Source: an uncultured Pelagibacteraceae bacterium (GTDB lineage Bacteria > Pseudomonadota > Alphaproteobacteria > Pelagibacterales > Pelagibacteraceae). Taken from it: DNA of 64,000 nucleotides. The notes under the pieces were generated by a model, which was given only the letters and a program-made list of their open reading frames with translations, did not search any database and was not told the origin of the DNA. Shown here one piece after another: positions 50,184 through 61,927 of the stretch. Position numbers and translations under genes: made by a program. The stretch spans positions 48,503-112,502 of the forward strand of contig CACKHN010000001.1 of NCBI GenBank assembly GCA_902599995.1, given 5' to 3'. Position 1 is the first letter of the stretch. The number at the start of each line of letters is the position of its first letter.

Positions 50184-51206
50184 ATGTCAGAAAAAGTATT
50201 ACTCACTGGCATTAGTGGGTTTGTTGCGAAACATGTTGCTATTGAATTACTAAATTCAGGTTACGAAGTTTTGGGCACTGTTAGAAATTCAAATTCAATT
50301 GAACAAACAAAAAAAACATTAGAAGAAAATAATGTAGCAATTAATAATTTATCTTTTGTAGAATTAGATTTATTAAAAGATGAAGGCTGGAATGAAGCTG
50401 CAGATGGCTGCAAATATATAATTCATGTAGCCTCTCCTTTCCCTCTAAAAGTTTCAAATGACAGGGAGTCGCTTACTCCAGCTGCAAAAGATGGAACTTT
50501 AAGAGTTTTAAATGCTGGAATAAATGCAGGTGTTGAACATTTTGTTAAAACCTCTTCCATAGTATGTATGTTCAGAAAACCAAACAGGTCAAACCCTTAT
50601 ACATTTGGTGAAAATGACTGGACTGATTTAGACTGGGATAAAACCACTGATTATTTTGTATCCAAAACAAGAGCTGAAAAAGCTGCGTGGGATCTTATGG
50701 AAAGCAAAGGTCTTAAAAATAGTCTTACGTGCATCAATCCTGGCTTTGTTTTAGGAGATTTTTTGAACGAAAAAAATTGTACTTCAATGGAATATATCAA
50801 GCAATTGCTTCAAGGAAAATTTCCAGCCGCACCAAAGTTTTCAGTAATGATATCTCACGTAAAAGATATTGCAAAAGCACATGTTCTTTCTTTGACTAAT
50901 AAAAGAGCAGGGGGCAGAAGATTGATTGTTGGATCTGAAGTAAGAAGTATTCTTGAATTATCACAAATAATGGCAAAAAATATTCCAAGCCATGCAAAAA
51001 AACTTCCTAAAAAAGAATTGCCGAATTTCATGGTTAAACTTCTAAGTTATATAGATACAAGTGCCAAAAATATGGTTCCTGATCTTGGGCTAAAAATGCA
51101 AACAGACCAAAGATACGCAGAAGAGATTCTTCAAATGAAATTCATAGCATCTGAAATTGCAGTTGTTGATGCTGCAAAATCAGTAATAAGACTAAACTTG
51201 GCCTGA
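50184..51206 (+). CDS. Extended SDR, aldehyde/dihydroflavonol reductase-like
   Basis: TGISGFVA, HVASP, TSS and YFVSK (YxxxK) motifs. Confidence 0.8.
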   Translation: MSEKVLLTGISGFVAKHVAIELLNSGYEVLGTVRNSNSIEQTKKTLEENNVAINNLSFVELDLLKDEGWNEAADGCKYIIHVASPFPLKVSNDRESLTPAAKDGTLRVLNAGINAGVEHFVKTSSIVCMFRKPNRSNPYTFGENDWTDLDWDKTTDYFVSKTRAEKAAWDLMESKGLKNSLTCINPGFVLGDFLNEKNCTSMEYIKQLLQGKFPAAPKFSVMISHVKDIAKAHVLSLTNKRAGGRRLIVGSEVRSILELSQIMAKNIPSHAKKLPKKELPNFMVKLLSYIDTSAKNMVPDLGLKMQTDQRYAEEILQMKFIASEIAVVDAAKSVIRLNLA

Positions 51207-51276
51207 AGTTCTAGAGTTATATAATTATAAAATTTTTCATATTTATTTAATATTTAAATATTAATGTCATCATCTC

Positions 51277-52395
51277 ATGATTAAGATCTATGTTTTAATT
51301 TTCTGGTTTATTTTTCAGTGTAATTTTCTATTCGCAGATCATGGACCTAATAGACTTTGGGAAAGGAAAATTGAACCTTACTTTACCGTCCACGAAGATA
51401 ATTATATGGGACCTTTTAAGGTCAACGTTCATAGTTTTGGTAAAAAAAATGCATATGAAGTTGGGGAAATTAAAAAAAAAAATTATGATAAATATTTTGA
51501 TGATAAATATAATCTTGCCACAATAGTAAAAAAAGATGGAAAAGTAATTTACGCAAGATTTAATAAGCAAAAAAAAATAGACGCCAACACACTGATTCAA
51601 GGCATGTCTATGTCAAAAACTGCTTTATCTGCTGTAGTTGCAAGTTTAAAATGCAGTGGTTTAATAGAAACTTTAGACGACAAAGTTTCTAAGTATTCAC
51701 CAACTTTAGCTAATACACCATATAAAAATGTAACCATAAAAAATATTCTACAAATGAATAGTGGAGTTACTCCTCTTAAAGAAAAACACAAAAAAAAAAT
51801 GAACAGGATGGCAGTGGGAACGAGAGATTATGAGGAGAAAAGTAGTGTTTTAAATGCTTTATTATTATTAAATGAAAATATAAGAGAACAAGGAAAATTA
51901 AGTAATTACCATACTGGAGATACATTTGCATTATCATTACTTATTTCTGACATTACAAATAAGCCTGCAAGTCAAATTTTTTATGAAAACATTTTTTTGA
52001 AATGGAATAAAAATAATGGATTGATGCATTGGATTTCAGATAAAGATGGAATAACTGTTTCGCAAGCACACCTAACCATGTCGCCATATGATTGGTCAAA
52101 TTTTGGAGAGTTTATTTTAGATCAAATATCCTCAAAGACATGCATTGGAAATTTCTTTTTGGAAGGACTGGAAAATGGAGTTGAAACAATTAGAGAAAAT
52201 GTAAAATACGGTTATCTTTTTTGGATATATAATGTTAAAAAAAAACCTACTATTGTTATGACTGGTCATGGGGGTTTTTTTAATGTACTAAACCAAAAAA
52301 CCAACTCTGTTTTAACAATTCTTTCAGTAGACCCAAGATATAAAAAAGGAAACTTATTTAATAATATATCTCAAATTTCAGGAAAAATTAAATAG
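51277..52395 (+). CDS. Exported serine hydrolase, beta-lactamase class C/NylB-like fold
   Basis: Signal peptide, SMSK (SxxK), ILQMNSG, YHT, YGYLFW and GHGG motifs. Confidence 0.75.
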   Translation: MIKIYVLIFWFIFQCNFLFADHGPNRLWERKIEPYFTVHEDNYMGPFKVNVHSFGKKNAYEVGEIKKKNYDKYFDDKYNLATIVKKDGKVIYARFNKQKKIDANTLIQGMSMSKTALSAVVASLKCSGLIETLDDKVSKYSPTLANTPYKNVTIKNILQMNSGVTPLKEKHKKKMNRMAVGTRDYEEKSSVLNALLLLNENIREQGKLSNYHTGDTFALSLLISDITNKPASQIFYENIFLKWNKNNGLMHWISDKDGITVSQAHLTMSPYDWSNFGEFILDQISSKTCIGNFFLEGLENGVETIRENVKYGYLFWIYNVKKKPTIVMTGHGGFFNVLNQKTNSVLTILSVDPRYKKGNLFNNISQISGKIK

Positions 52396-53044
52396 TTTCT
52401 AAATTAGCAATTTCATTTGACTCGAAAATTATTTGATCATTTCTTTTATTAGCAATTTTTATCATAGCTTTTGCAACTTTTTCTGAATTGATCGGTCTCA
52501 TTTTTTTTAGTGGCCCAAGTAATAAAGGTGACAATAATCTAAAAATCAGAATGCCTATTTTTTCACCTACTCTATTCTCTTTTCTATCTCCCATTAAAAA
52601 AGAAGGTCTTAATATTCCTAAATTAGAAAAGTTTAATTTTTTCAATTCTTCTTCAACTAAACCTTTGAACTTTACGTAATCTCCTGAATTTTTTGGATTT
52701 GCGTATATTGAAGAGATAAAAATAAATGAATTTACTGAATTACTTTTTGCAAGTTGAGCTATTTTTTTTGGTATTTCAAGTTCTACTTTTTGATATTCAT
52801 TTTTGTCAGGTGAATTTTTCCTTGTTGTACCAATACAAAAAAAACAATCATCTCCTGTAATATCTTTTTTATAATCATCTAAATTATTGAAATCAGTTTT
52901 AATTATTTCAACTTTGGGCTCATTAATGATTAGCTCTGAGCGTACAAATAACTTTATTTTATTGTAATTGTCATTTTTTATTAATTGATTAAGAAGATGT
53001 CCGCCAATTAACCCTGATGAACCAAAAACAAGGGCTGTTTTCAT
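52388..53044 (-). CDS. NAD(P)-binding oxidoreductase (TIP30/YraR-like)
   Basis: GSSGLIG, CIGTT, KGLVEE, RPS and RVGE motifs. Confidence 0.75.
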   Translation of the reverse strand: MKTALVFGSSGLIGGHLLNQLIKNDNYNKIKLFVRSELIINEPKVEIIKTDFNNLDDYKKDITGDDCFFCIGTTRKNSPDKNEYQKVELEIPKKIAQLAKSNSVNSFIFISSIYANPKNSGDYVKFKGLVEEELKKLNFSNLGILRPSFLMGDRKENRVGEKIGILIFRLLSPLLLGPLKKMRPINSEKVAKAMIKIANKRNDQIIFESNEIANLETI

Positions 53045-54243
53045 TAACTCAAGCTTTTACAAAAAGAAGAAATTTTTTCTAATGCTTTTTTGAGATTATT
53101 CATTGAAGTTGCATAAGAAATTCTGAAAAATCCCTCAAGCCCAAATGCAGAACCCTGAACAACAGCAATACCATTGTTCTCTAAAAGAGATTGAACAAAA
53201 TCTGAATCTGATTTAATTTCTTTTCCATTGGTATCTTTTTTTCCTATTAAACCTTTACAGCTAGGGAAAACATAAAAAGCACCATCAGGATTTAAGCACT
53301 CGATGCCATCGATATCATTTAATGCTTTTACGACAAAATCTCTTCTTTCTTGAAATGAATCTGCTCTTTTTTTAATAAAATCTTGTGTTCCACTTAATGC
53401 CTCTACTGATGCGGCTTGACTAATTGAAGAGGGATTAGTTGTCGATTGTGACTGGATTTTCGCAATGGCTTTAATAATTTCTTTTGGACCTGCCGCATAG
53501 CCTATTCTCCAACCAGTCATTGAATAAGCTTTGCTTACACCATTCATAGTAAGCACTCTTTCTTTTAAACTTTCGATTTGAGCAATAGTAAAAAATTTAA
53601 ATCCTTCATAAGTTACATGTTCATAGATATCATCACTTAAAATATATACGTGAGGATGATTTTCCAAAACTTTTGCAATTTCTCTTATATCTTTTTCTGT
53701 ATAACATGCTCCAGTTGGATTAGACGGAGAGTTAAGAATAATCCATTTTGTTTTTGGAGTTATAAATTTCTCTAAATCTGATGGGTTTATTTTAAAGCCT
53801 TGTTTTTCATTACATTCCATTACAACTGGCTTGCCTCCCGCTAATAAAACAATATCTGGGTAAGAAACCCAATAAGGAGCTGGAACTATAACTTCATCAC
53901 CTTCATTTAATGTAGCCATCATAGCATTGTAAATAACATGCTTTCCACCTGCACCAACAGTAATTTGGTCTGTTGTATAATCTAGATTATTTTCTTTTTT
54001 AAACTTTTCGACTATTGCTTTTTTTAGAGCTAAAGTTCCATCAACAGCAGTGTACTTAGTGTCTCCATCATTTATTGCTTTAATAGCTGCCTGCTTAATA
54101 TTTTCTGGTGTATCAAAATCTGGTTCACCTGCCCCTAAACCGATAACATCTTTTCCTGCTGCTTTTAATTCTCTAGCTTTTTGAGTTACAGCAATTGTGG
54201 GCGAAGGTTTAATCTTCTTTAAACTGTCTGATATTATGCTCAT
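53044..54243 (-). CDS. aspC: Aspartate aminotransferase (class I PLP)
   Basis: GEPDFDTP, NSPSNPTG, DDIYE and SKAYSMTGWRIGY motifs. ATG at 54243 avoids overlap with uvrB. Confidence 0.92.
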   Translation of the reverse strand: MSIISDSLKKIKPSPTIAVTQKARELKAAGKDVIGLGAGEPDFDTPENIKQAAIKAINDGDTKYTAVDGTLALKKAIVEKFKKENNLDYTTDQITVGAGGKHVIYNAMMATLNEGDEVIVPAPYWVSYPDIVLLAGGKPVVMECNEKQGFKINPSDLEKFITPKTKWIILNSPSNPTGACYTEKDIREIAKVLENHPHVYILSDDIYEHVTYEGFKFFTIAQIESLKERVLTMNGVSKAYSMTGWRIGYAAGPKEIIKAIAKIQSQSTTNPSSISQAASVEALSGTQDFIKKRADSFQERRDFVVKALNDIDGIECLNPDGAFYVFPSCKGLIGKKDTNGKEIKSDSDFVQSLLENNGIAVVQGSAFGLEGFFRISYATSMNNLKKALEKISSFCKSLS

Positions 54244-54279
54244 TGAAATAAAATTAAATTCTACTACCTTGTTTAATAT

Positions 54280-56454
54280 ATGGAAAATACTTATCAAGAT
54301 TTAATTACAGATATCCAAAGTAAAAATCCTCAAATCGGTGGGAAACTTGAGGGAGGGAAAAAATTCAAAATTAAATCTGATTTTAAACCAGCGGGTGATC
54401 AGCCTGAGGCAATAAAAAAATTAGTCAATGGTGCTAACAAAGATCAATTTAATCAAGTACTACTTGGAGTTACCGGTTCAGGGAAAACGTTTACCATAGC
54501 AAAAGTAATTGAAGCAACTAATAGACCAGCCTTAATTCTTGCTCCTAATAAAACACTTGCGGCTCAACTTTACGGGGAAATGAAAACTTTTTTTCCAGAT
54601 AATGCGGTGGAATACTTCGTTTCTTATTATGACTATTATACTCCAGAGGCGTATGTTCCAAGATCAGATACTTACATTGAGAAAGAAGCCTCTATTAACG
54701 AGCAAATAGATCGAATGAGACATTCGGCTACGCGATCTCTACTTGAAAGAGATGATGTGCTTATTGTTGCTAGTGTTTCATGTATTTATGGACTGGGTTC
54801 TGTTGAAGCTTACAGTAAAATGACTTTAACTCTTCAAAAGAATAATGATTACAATCGCGAGGAATTAATTAAATCTCTCGTAGCTCTTCAGTATAAAAGA
54901 AATGATCAGAATTTTTACAGAGGAACCTTTAGAGCAAGAGGTGAGTATTTAGAAATATTTCCATCTCACCTAGAAGATAGAGCTTGGAGACTTAGTTTGT
55001 TTGGAGACAAACTTGAACAAATTGAAGAATTTGATCCTTTAACTGGAGATCAGGTAAGAGAACTTAGTTTAGTAAAAGTTTACGCAAATAGTCACTACAT
55101 CACACCAAAACCAACAATAGAGCAAGCTGTTATAAATATTAAAAAAGAATTGGAAATCACTTTAAAAAAACACAAAGCAGAAAATAAATTACTTGAGGCT
55201 CAAAGATTAGAGGAGAGGACTAAATTTGATCTTGAGATGATTGAAGCAACTGGATCCTGCGCAGGGATTGAAAATTATTCAAGATTCTTATCAGGAAGAA
55301 AGCCAGGTGAACCCCCTCCTACTCTTTTTGAATATTTTCCTGATAATACCTTAATATTTGTTGATGAATGCCATGTAACCGTACCACAACTAAATGGAAT
55401 GTATAAAGGTGATAGATCGAGAAAAAGTACATTAGCAGAATATGGATTTAGGCTACCATCATGTATGGATAACCGACCTTTAAAGTTTGAAGAGTGGGAT
55501 TTAATGAGAACTCAAACTGTATTTGTATCTGCAACTCCTGGGCCGTGGGAACTAGAACAAACTAAAGGCAAATTCATTGATCAAGTTATCAGACCAACAG
55601 GATTAATTGATCCACCAGTTGAAATTAGACCAGCAAAAAATCAAGTTGATGATTTAATGCATGAATGCAAAAGAGTTATTGAGAATAATCACAGAGCACT
55701 TGTTACAACTTTAACCAAAAAAATGGCTGAAGATTTAACTGAATACCTACACGAAAATGGAATTAAAGTTCGATACCTACATTCTGACATAGACACCTTA
55801 GAGAGAATTGAAATTATGCGTGATTTAAGAATGGGAGTTTTTGATGTCCTAGTTGGAATTAACCTATTAAGAGAAGGTTTAGATATTCCAGAGTGTGCAC
55901 TTGTGGGTATATTAGATGCTGACAAAGAAGGATTTCTTAGATCTGAAACTTCCTTGATTCAGACAATTGGAAGAGCTGCAAGAAATGTTGATGGGAAAGT
56001 AATTTTGTATGCTGATAAAGAAACTAAAAGTATAAAAAAAGCAATAGCGGAAACTAATAGAAGAAGACAGATACAATTAGATTATAATAAAAAAAATAAG
56101 ATTGATGCTAAGTCTGTAAAGAAAGAAATTAGCGATATATTAGAAAGTGTTTATGAAAAGGATTACGTTAAAATCAGTGATGGATCAAATATTGGTGGAA
56201 ACTTAAAGAAACACTTAAAAGGTCTAGATAGAAAAATGAAAGAGGCAGCAGCAAATCTTGAGTTTGAAGAGGCTGCTAAAATAAGAGATGAAATCAGAAA
56301 ATTGGAGAGCACTGAACTAGAAATTACTCTTAACCCAAAAATTAGACAGTATGATGTAAAAAATAAGCTTTATCCAAAAGGTAGATCGACCATGGGTATG
56401 CCAGGAACTAAGGTCACAAAAAAAAGAGATAAGAAATGGAAGCACGGAAAATAA
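54280..56454 (+). CDS. uvrB: Excinuclease ABC subunit B
   Basis: [18 protein letters not shown] and [10 protein letters not shown] motifs; C-terminal UVR domain. Confidence 0.97.
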   Translation: MENTYQDLITDIQSKNPQIGGKLEGGKKFKIKSDFKPAGDQPEAIKKLVNGANKDQFNQVLLGVTGSGKTFTIAKVIEATNRPALILAPNKTLAAQLYGEMKTFFPDNAVEYFVSYYDYYTPEAYVPRSDTYIEKEASINEQIDRMRHSATRSLLERDDVLIVASVSCIYGLGSVEAYSKMTLTLQKNNDYNREELIKSLVALQYKRNDQNFYRGTFRARGEYLEIFPSHLEDRAWRLSLFGDKLEQIEEFDPLTGDQVRELSLVKVYANSHYITPKPTIEQAVINIKKELEITLKKHKAENKLLEAQRLEERTKFDLEMIEATGSCAGIENYSRFLSGRKPGEPPPTLFEYFPDNTLIFVDECHVTVPQLNGMYKGDRSRKSTLAEYGFRLPSCMDNRPLKFEEWDLMRTQTVFVSATPGPWELEQTKGKFIDQVIRPTGLIDPPVEIRPAKNQVDDLMHECKRVIENNHRALVTTLTKKMAEDLTEYLHENGIKVRYLHSDIDTLERIEIMRDLRMGVFDVLVGINLLREGLDIPECALVGILDADKEGFLRSETSLIQTIGRAARNVDGKVILYADKETKSIKKAIAETNRRRQIQLDYNKKNKIDAKSVKKEISDILESVYEKDYVKISDGSNIGGNLKKHLKGLDRKMKEAAANLEFEEAAKIRDEIRKLESTELEITLNPKIRQYDVKNKLYPKGRSTMGMPGTKVTKKRDKKWKHGK

Positions 56455-57191
56455 TTATCACTGGGGGAGCAACTAGAATTGGGGCTGCAATTGCCAGAAA
56501 GTTATCTGGCTTTAACAAGGAAATATTAATTCATTTCAATAAATCAAAGTTCAAAGCTGAAAAACTAAAAAAAGAATTAGAGCTTGCAGGAACTAAAGTT
56601 TACCTTGTGAAAGGTGATTTAAGTAAAGAAAATGATGTAAATAAAATTGTTAAACACGCAAAATCAAAATTAAAATATTTTGATTGTCTGGTAAATAATG
56701 CTTCATTGTTTGAAAATGACAAAATTGAGAGTTTCACAACAGATAGCTGGGATAAACATTTAACAACAAATTTGAGAACTCCTGCTCTACTATCAAAAGA
56801 ATTTGCCAAAAATGTTAAAGGAAAAAATAATAATATAATTAATATAATTGACCAGAGAGTTTTTAAACTTACTCCTTACTTTTTTTCATACACAATAAGC
56901 AAAACTGGCCTTTATACTCTTACAAAAACTAGTGCTATGAGTTTGGCACCTAGTATTAGGGTGAACGGTATAGCTCCAGGACCCACAATCAAAAATAAGA
57001 GACAGTCTGAAAAACATTTTAAAAAACAATATTTAGCAACCCCTTTAAAAAGACAAGTTGACGTTGAACAAATATGTAATGCAGTTGACTTTTTTATTAA
57101 AAATATATCTATTACAGGTCAGGTTTTAGCAATTGATAGTGGACAAAATTTGAACTGGCAGACACCAGATATTATGGGAGGAAAAGAATGA
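56436..57191 (+). CDS. SDR oxidoreductase, pteridine reductase (FolM/PTR1)-like
   Basis: [17 protein letters not shown] and RVNGIAPG motifs; near folB. Confidence 0.7.
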   Translation: MEARKIIITGGATRIGAAIARKLSGFNKEILIHFNKSKFKAEKLKKELELAGTKVYLVKGDLSKENDVNKIVKHAKSKLKYFDCLVNNASLFENDKIESFTTDSWDKHLTTNLRTPALLSKEFAKNVKGKNNNIINIIDQRVFKLTPYFFSYTISKTGLYTLTKTSAMSLAPSIRVNGIAPGPTIKNKRQSEKHFKKQYLATPLKRQVDVEQICNAVDFFIKNISITGQVLAIDSGQNLNWQTPDIMGGKE

Positions 57192-58141
57192 GAAAATTTT
57201 TAGTAATTATTATGCTTAGTTTAATATTGAGTGGTAGTGCCTATGCAAACTCAAAGGAAGTTATAAAAACAGATGGTTTTGTAATACCAACAAATAAATG
57301 GAAAGATAAAATTAAAATTAATGAAAATTTTCAAGTAAATAATCCTAAAGATAAAATAATCATAATTTACAACCATGGTTCTGATGGAAACGATGTTAAA
57401 TTAAAACATTGCTTCTGGAGATCGGAGCTTAGAAATTGGGCTCAGTTAGCTGGTGATAAAATAGATGGTAAAGAAATCATGGTTTATATTCACTGCCAAG
57501 GTCAACTCGAAGGTGATTTAGGTGCTAAGTTAGGAAAAGCAGGAATGTGGATGAAAAAATGGGAAGGACCTTATCCAGGGACTTCAAAAATGGATCGAAG
57601 AGTTGAGGGTAATTTAGAAATGATTAAAAAATTTGTTAAAATAGGAGTACCAAAGAAACAAATTTTTATGTCAGGTCACTCTTGTGGAGGATGGGCAACA
57701 TTAAGGCTAACAGCAAAATACATGGAAGAAGTAGGTGGAGGGATATCATTAATGCCTGCGTGTTTTTGGAATTTATCAAAAAAATATAAAGTAAAAAAAG
57801 TTGGCTATGAGAAAGCTATGGAAAAATTTCATAAAAAATATCCTGGTATGGCTCAATGGAGACAAGATCAAATTGACATAATTAAAAAGGGAAATGCACC
57901 CGTTTTAATTTTTACACATCCTATGGATGCATTTGAAGGATTAACATCTGATTGGATGGATGATGTTCCTAACTTTAAGAGAATTGTAATTTCTGAAAAG
58001 AAAACAATTAATGGAAAAAAATGTAAATATGCAGGATCAGATTGGGAAGAGCCAGTAAAAAATTTTCATATAATAGATTTTGCTGATTGTTTCATGCATT
58101 ATCACCCACTAATCAAAGAGTATATCGCATCTAGACTTTAG
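57188..58141 (+). CDS. Exported alpha/beta-hydrolase-fold hypothetical protein
   Basis: Signal peptide ending AYA, YNHGS and nucleophile elbow GHSCGG. Confidence 0.65.
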   Translation: MRKFLVIIMLSLILSGSAYANSKEVIKTDGFVIPTNKWKDKIKINENFQVNNPKDKIIIIYNHGSDGNDVKLKHCFWRSELRNWAQLAGDKIDGKEIMVYIHCQGQLEGDLGAKLGKAGMWMKKWEGPYPGTSKMDRRVEGNLEMIKKFVKIGVPKKQIFMSGHSCGGWATLRLTAKYMEEVGGGISLMPACFWNLSKKYKVKKVGYEKAMEKFHKKYPGMAQWRQDQIDIIKKGNAPVLIFTHPMDAFEGLTSDWMDDVPNFKRIVISEKKTINGKKCKYAGSDWEEPVKNFHIIDFADCFMHYHPLIKEYIASRL

Positions 58142-58144
58142 AAG

Positions 58145-58570
58145 ATGAAAAAGAGCAGTTTAAATATAGTTAAAATTGATAATACCAAAACCTTATTTAA
58201 TTATGAGAAAAAGGTTTTAATCAAAGAATTAATTTTAGATCTGAAGCTAGGTTATTTTGATTTTGAAAAAGAGAAATCCCAGAAAGTTAAATTTAACTTG
58301 GATGTAAATTATGAGGATAAAAAACCATCGAATGACAAAGATATTAAATCAATTGTAAACTATGCAAAAATTGTGAAGTTGATAAAAAAACTTGTTAAAA
58401 ATAAACATTATAATTTTCTTGAGACATTAGCAGAGGATGTATTCGATGAATTATTCAAAGATAAGAGAATTGATAAGATAAGTCTTCAAATTGAGAAATT
58501 AGAAATCATGAAAGATTGCTCTTCTGTTGGTATTCAAATTTCAAAAAAAAGAAGCCATGATAAGCTCTGA
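58145..58570 (+). CDS. folB: Dihydroneopterin aldolase
   Basis: [18 protein letters not shown] and IEKL motifs. Confidence 0.8.
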   Translation: MKKSSLNIVKIDNTKTLFNYEKKVLIKELILDLKLGYFDFEKEKSQKVKFNLDVNYEDKKPSNDKDIKSIVNYAKIVKLIKKLVKNKHYNFLETLAEDVFDELFKDKRIDKISLQIEKLEIMKDCSSVGIQISKKRSHDKL

Positions 58571-60392
58571 TTTAGGTAAAGAAGTAATTAGAAAAGAACT
58601 TCCTTTAGTTCCTAAGCTTCCTGGTGTCTATAGGATGCTGAACTCTAAAGATGAAATTCTTTATGTTGGAAAAGCAAAAAATTTACCCAATAGATTGAAA
58701 AGTTATGTTTCTGAGAAAAATCACATTATCAGAACTGAGAGAATGTTATCTCAAACAAGAAAACTAGAGATAACCACTACTTCTAATGAAAGCGAGGCCT
58801 TACTACTTGAGGCTAATTTAATTAAAAAATTTAAACCAAAATTTAATATTCTTCTAAGAGACGATAAATCGTTTCCTTTCATATTTATTGGCAACCAAGA
58901 TCAATGGCCTCAGATAAAAAGGCATAGGGGGAAAAAAACTAAAGAGGGCTTTTACTTTGGTCCGTTTGCATCAGCTGGATCTGCCAATTGGACAATAAAA
59001 ATGATCCAAAAAATTTTCCACCTAAGAGTTTGTGATGATACCGTATTTAAAAACAGAGAAAGACCTTGTATTTTGTATCAAATCAAACGTTGCTCAGGTC
59101 CGTGTGTTAGTTATGTCACTAAAGATGACTATCAACAAACAGTTGACGATGCCATCGAATTTGTTTCAGGAAAATCAAGAAGAATTCAAAAAAATCTTTC
59201 TAATCAAATGGAAAAAGCAAGTGAGGAACTTGACTTCGAAAAGGCAGTAATTTTAAGAGATAGAATAAAAGCATTGAATATTATTCAGTCATCTCAAAGA
59301 ATAAATGAGGCAAACCTAGTCGAGGCAGATGTAATTGCAGGATATAAAGAATCAGGTAAAGCCTGTATTCAAGTTTTTTTTTATAGATCAAAACAAAATT
59401 GGGGAAATCAAGCTTTTTTTCCAAAACACGATCCAGATGAAAAACTTGGAGAAATTATTAATTCTTTCGTTTCACAATTTTATGAAAATAAAAGTGTTCC
59501 TTCATCAATAATTTTATCTGAAGAAATTAAAGAAAAAGTTCTAATTGAAAAGACTCTTTCAAATAAAGAAGGTAAACACATTACTATTTCAGTTGCTAAA
59601 AAAGGATCTAAATTGAAAGTAATCAATCAAGCAATTAAAAATGCAAAAGATAGTTTAAATAGAAAGCTTTATGAAAGTCAAAATAATAGAGAGTTATTTG
59701 AGGCTGTTGCTAAAAAATTCAATTTAGAGACAAATATAAATTTAATTGAAGTTTATGACAACAGTCACATTCAGGGCACTAATAGTGTTGGAGCATTAAT
59801 TGCATACGGAGACGAGGGTTTTGTTAAAAAAAGATATAGAAAATTTAATATTAAGCACAAAAAAAATGAGCAAGACGATTATGGTATGATGCGAGAAGTG
59901 TTAAATAGAAGGTTCAAAAGAGCTGTTCAAGAAAAAGATAATTATTTAACCTTACCTGATTTAATTTTAGTTGACGGTGGAAAAGGCCAATATTCAGTAG
60001 CAAGGGAGAGTTTAAATGAACTTGGTCTTCATGATATTCCTATTATTGCGATCGCTAAAGGTAAACTAAGAAATAGTGGTAACGAAACTTTTTTTCACAA
60101 TGGAAAGGAGTTTAAATTTTCAAGAAACGATCCAACTTTGTTTTTTCTTCAAAGAATAAGAGATGAGTCCCATAGATTCGCAATCAGTGCTCATAGGGCC
60201 AAAAGAAAGAAGGGAATAAGTAAATCTTTACTTGATCAAATTGATGGTATTGGATCAATAAGAAAACGAGCATTATTAAACCATTTTGGATCAGCAAGAT
60301 CAGTTGAGTCTGCTAGCTTAGACGAGATTAAGTCAGTTGAAGGTGTTGAAGAAAAAGTAGCAAAAAAGATATATAACTTTTTTCACGAATAA
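58557..60392 (+). CDS. uvrC: Excinuclease ABC subunit C
   Basis: GIY-YIG ([13 protein letters not shown]), [20 protein letters not shown] and HhH motifs. ATG at 58557. Confidence 0.97.
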   Translation: MISSDLGKEVIRKELPLVPKLPGVYRMLNSKDEILYVGKAKNLPNRLKSYVSEKNHIIRTERMLSQTRKLEITTTSNESEALLLEANLIKKFKPKFNILLRDDKSFPFIFIGNQDQWPQIKRHRGKKTKEGFYFGPFASAGSANWTIKMIQKIFHLRVCDDTVFKNRERPCILYQIKRCSGPCVSYVTKDDYQQTVDDAIEFVSGKSRRIQKNLSNQMEKASEELDFEKAVILRDRIKALNIIQSSQRINEANLVEADVIAGYKESGKACIQVFFYRSKQNWGNQAFFPKHDPDEKLGEIINSFVSQFYENKSVPSSIILSEEIKEKVLIEKTLSNKEGKHITISVAKKGSKLKVINQAIKNAKDSLNRKLYESQNNRELFEAVAKKFNLETNINLIEVYDNSHIQGTNSVGALIAYGDEGFVKKRYRKFNIKHKKNEQDDYGMMREVLNRRFKRAVQEKDNYLTLPDLILVDGGKGQYSVARESLNELGLHDIPIIAIAKGKLRNSGNETFFHNGKEFKFSRNDPTLFFLQRIRDESHRFAISAHRAKRKKGISKSLLDQIDGIGSIRKRALLNHFGSARSVESASLDEIKSVEGVEEKVAKKIYNFFHE

Positions 60393-60394
60393 TT

Positions 60395-60979
60395 ATGCTT
60401 AAAAAAATTCCTAATATATTAACAATAGGACGAATAATTATTGTCCCTTTTTTTGTTTTAGCGTTTTACTTACCTGGATTTTATGGAGATTTAACTGCGC
60501 TGATACTATTTATTGTTGCTTCGTTTACTGATTTTCTCGACGGAATGTTAGCTCGAATGATGAGTGAAGAGTCAAAGTTGGGAGAATTGTTAGATCCAAT
60601 AGCTGATAAAATTATCGTTGCTGCAGCTCTAATTCTTTTAGTTATGGACGGTACCATCAGAAACTACGAGGTAATTGCTGCAATTATTATTCTTACCAGA
60701 GAAATATTAATTTCAGGCCTTAGAGAATTTTTAGCAAAAGGAAAAATCAAGCTTCCTGTTTCTAGCCTTGCTAAATTAAAAACAATTTTACAAATGGTTT
60801 CAATCGCTCTTCTTCTATCAGGAGATACAGGAAATAAGATTATTAACTTTCAAGATTATAATGCTCAAACTATCGGAATAATTCTTTTATGGTTGTCTGC
60901 AGCTTTAACGCTTTTTACAGGGTATGATTATATGCGTAAAGGAATTGACCACGCTATGTCTGAAGATAATAAAGATTAA
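60395..60979 (+). CDS. pgsA: CDP-diacylglycerol:glycerol-3-phosphate phosphatidyltransferase
   Basis: PNILT and the CDP-alcohol motif DFLDGMLAR...GELLDPIADK; follows uvrC. Confidence 0.93.
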   Translation: MLKKIPNILTIGRIIIVPFFVLAFYLPGFYGDLTALILFIVASFTDFLDGMLARMMSEESKLGELLDPIADKIIVAAALILLVMDGTIRNYEVIAAIIILTREILISGLREFLAKGKIKLPVSSLAKLKTILQMVSIALLLSGDTGNKIINFQDYNAQTIGIILLWLSAALTLFTGYDYMRKGIDHAMSEDNKD

Positions 60980-61857
60980 GCTGCTTTTTTCTTTCTGACT
61001 AAAGCTTGATAACTTTCATTTAAATCAATTATTGTCTCACAAACTTTAAACTGATTTTCTGCAATACATGAGACTGGGGTTACTTCTGCTGCAGTGCCTG
61101 TTAAAAAACAACCAACAAAGTTTGCTAACTCCTCAGGTTTTATTTTTCTTTCATGAACTTTTATATTTTTTGATTTTGCAATTCCAATTACTGTCCTTCT
61201 AGTAATTCCATCTAAAAAAGAGTCTGGAATTGGAGTATGAAGTTCTCCATTTTTATCTTTGAAGAAAACATTAGCACCAGTTGCTTCAGCTACATTTCCC
61301 TCATGATCTAACATTAATGAGTCTGCGAAACCTTGTTTTTCTGCTTCATGTTTTGATAATGTGCAAATCATATAAAGACCAGATGCTTTAGTATCCCAAG
61401 GAATTGTGTTAGGTGCAGGTCTTCTCCAATTTGAAATATTTAATTTTATCCCTTCAACTTTTAATTTTGGATCAAAATATGATCCCCACTCCCAGGTTGC
61501 AATCGCAACATGAATTTTTGTATGTTGTGCAGAAACAGCCATCATCTCACTACCCCTCCATGCAACTGGTCTTACGTATCCATTTTTTACATTTTGTGTT
61601 ACAATAATTTTATTTGAGGCAACATTGATTTGTTCCTCTGTGTAAGGGATATCAAAACCCATTCTCTTAGCGGAATGAAAAAATCTTGAGGTGTGTTCTT
61701 CTAATTTAAAAATTGTTCCGTCATAAACTCTTTCACCTTCAAATACGCAACTTGCATAATGTAAACCATGACTTAAAACATGCAGTTTAACTTCTGACCA
61801 ATCTACCAGCTCATCGTTGTACCATATTTTTCCCGATCTTTTGTCGTAAGGTATCAT
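60976..61857 (-). CDS. ilvE: Branched-chain amino acid aminotransferase
   Basis: LHYASCVFEG, YVRP, EATGAN, LDGITR and GTAAEVTP motifs. Confidence 0.93.
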   Translation of the reverse strand: MIPYDKRSGKIWYNDELVDWSEVKLHVLSHGLHYASCVFEGERVYDGTIFKLEEHTSRFFHSAKRMGFDIPYTEEQINVASNKIIVTQNVKNGYVRPVAWRGSEMMAVSAQHTKIHVAIATWEWGSYFDPKLKVEGIKLNISNWRRPAPNTIPWDTKASGLYMICTLSKHEAEKQGFADSLMLDHEGNVAEATGANVFFKDKNGELHTPIPDSFLDGITRRTVIGIAKSKNIKVHERKIKPEELANFVGCFLTGTAAEVTPVSCIAENQFKVCETIIDLNESYQALVRKKKAA

Positions 61858-61883
61858 GATTGAAATTTTTTAAATATATCTGA

Positions 61884-61912
61884 AAAATAACTTTGTATCT
61901 TCAATATGTCAA
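61884..61912 (-). promoter_or_regulatory. Possible sigma70 promoter for ilvE
   Basis: Minus-strand TTGACA (61912-61907), 17-nt spacer, TATTTT. Confidence 0.4.
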
Positions 61913-61927
61913 TATAACTTACCCATA

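Noticed and set aside
54244-54297. aspC extension overlapping uvrB
   Set aside because: ATG at 54243 gives a normal-length enzyme with no overlap.
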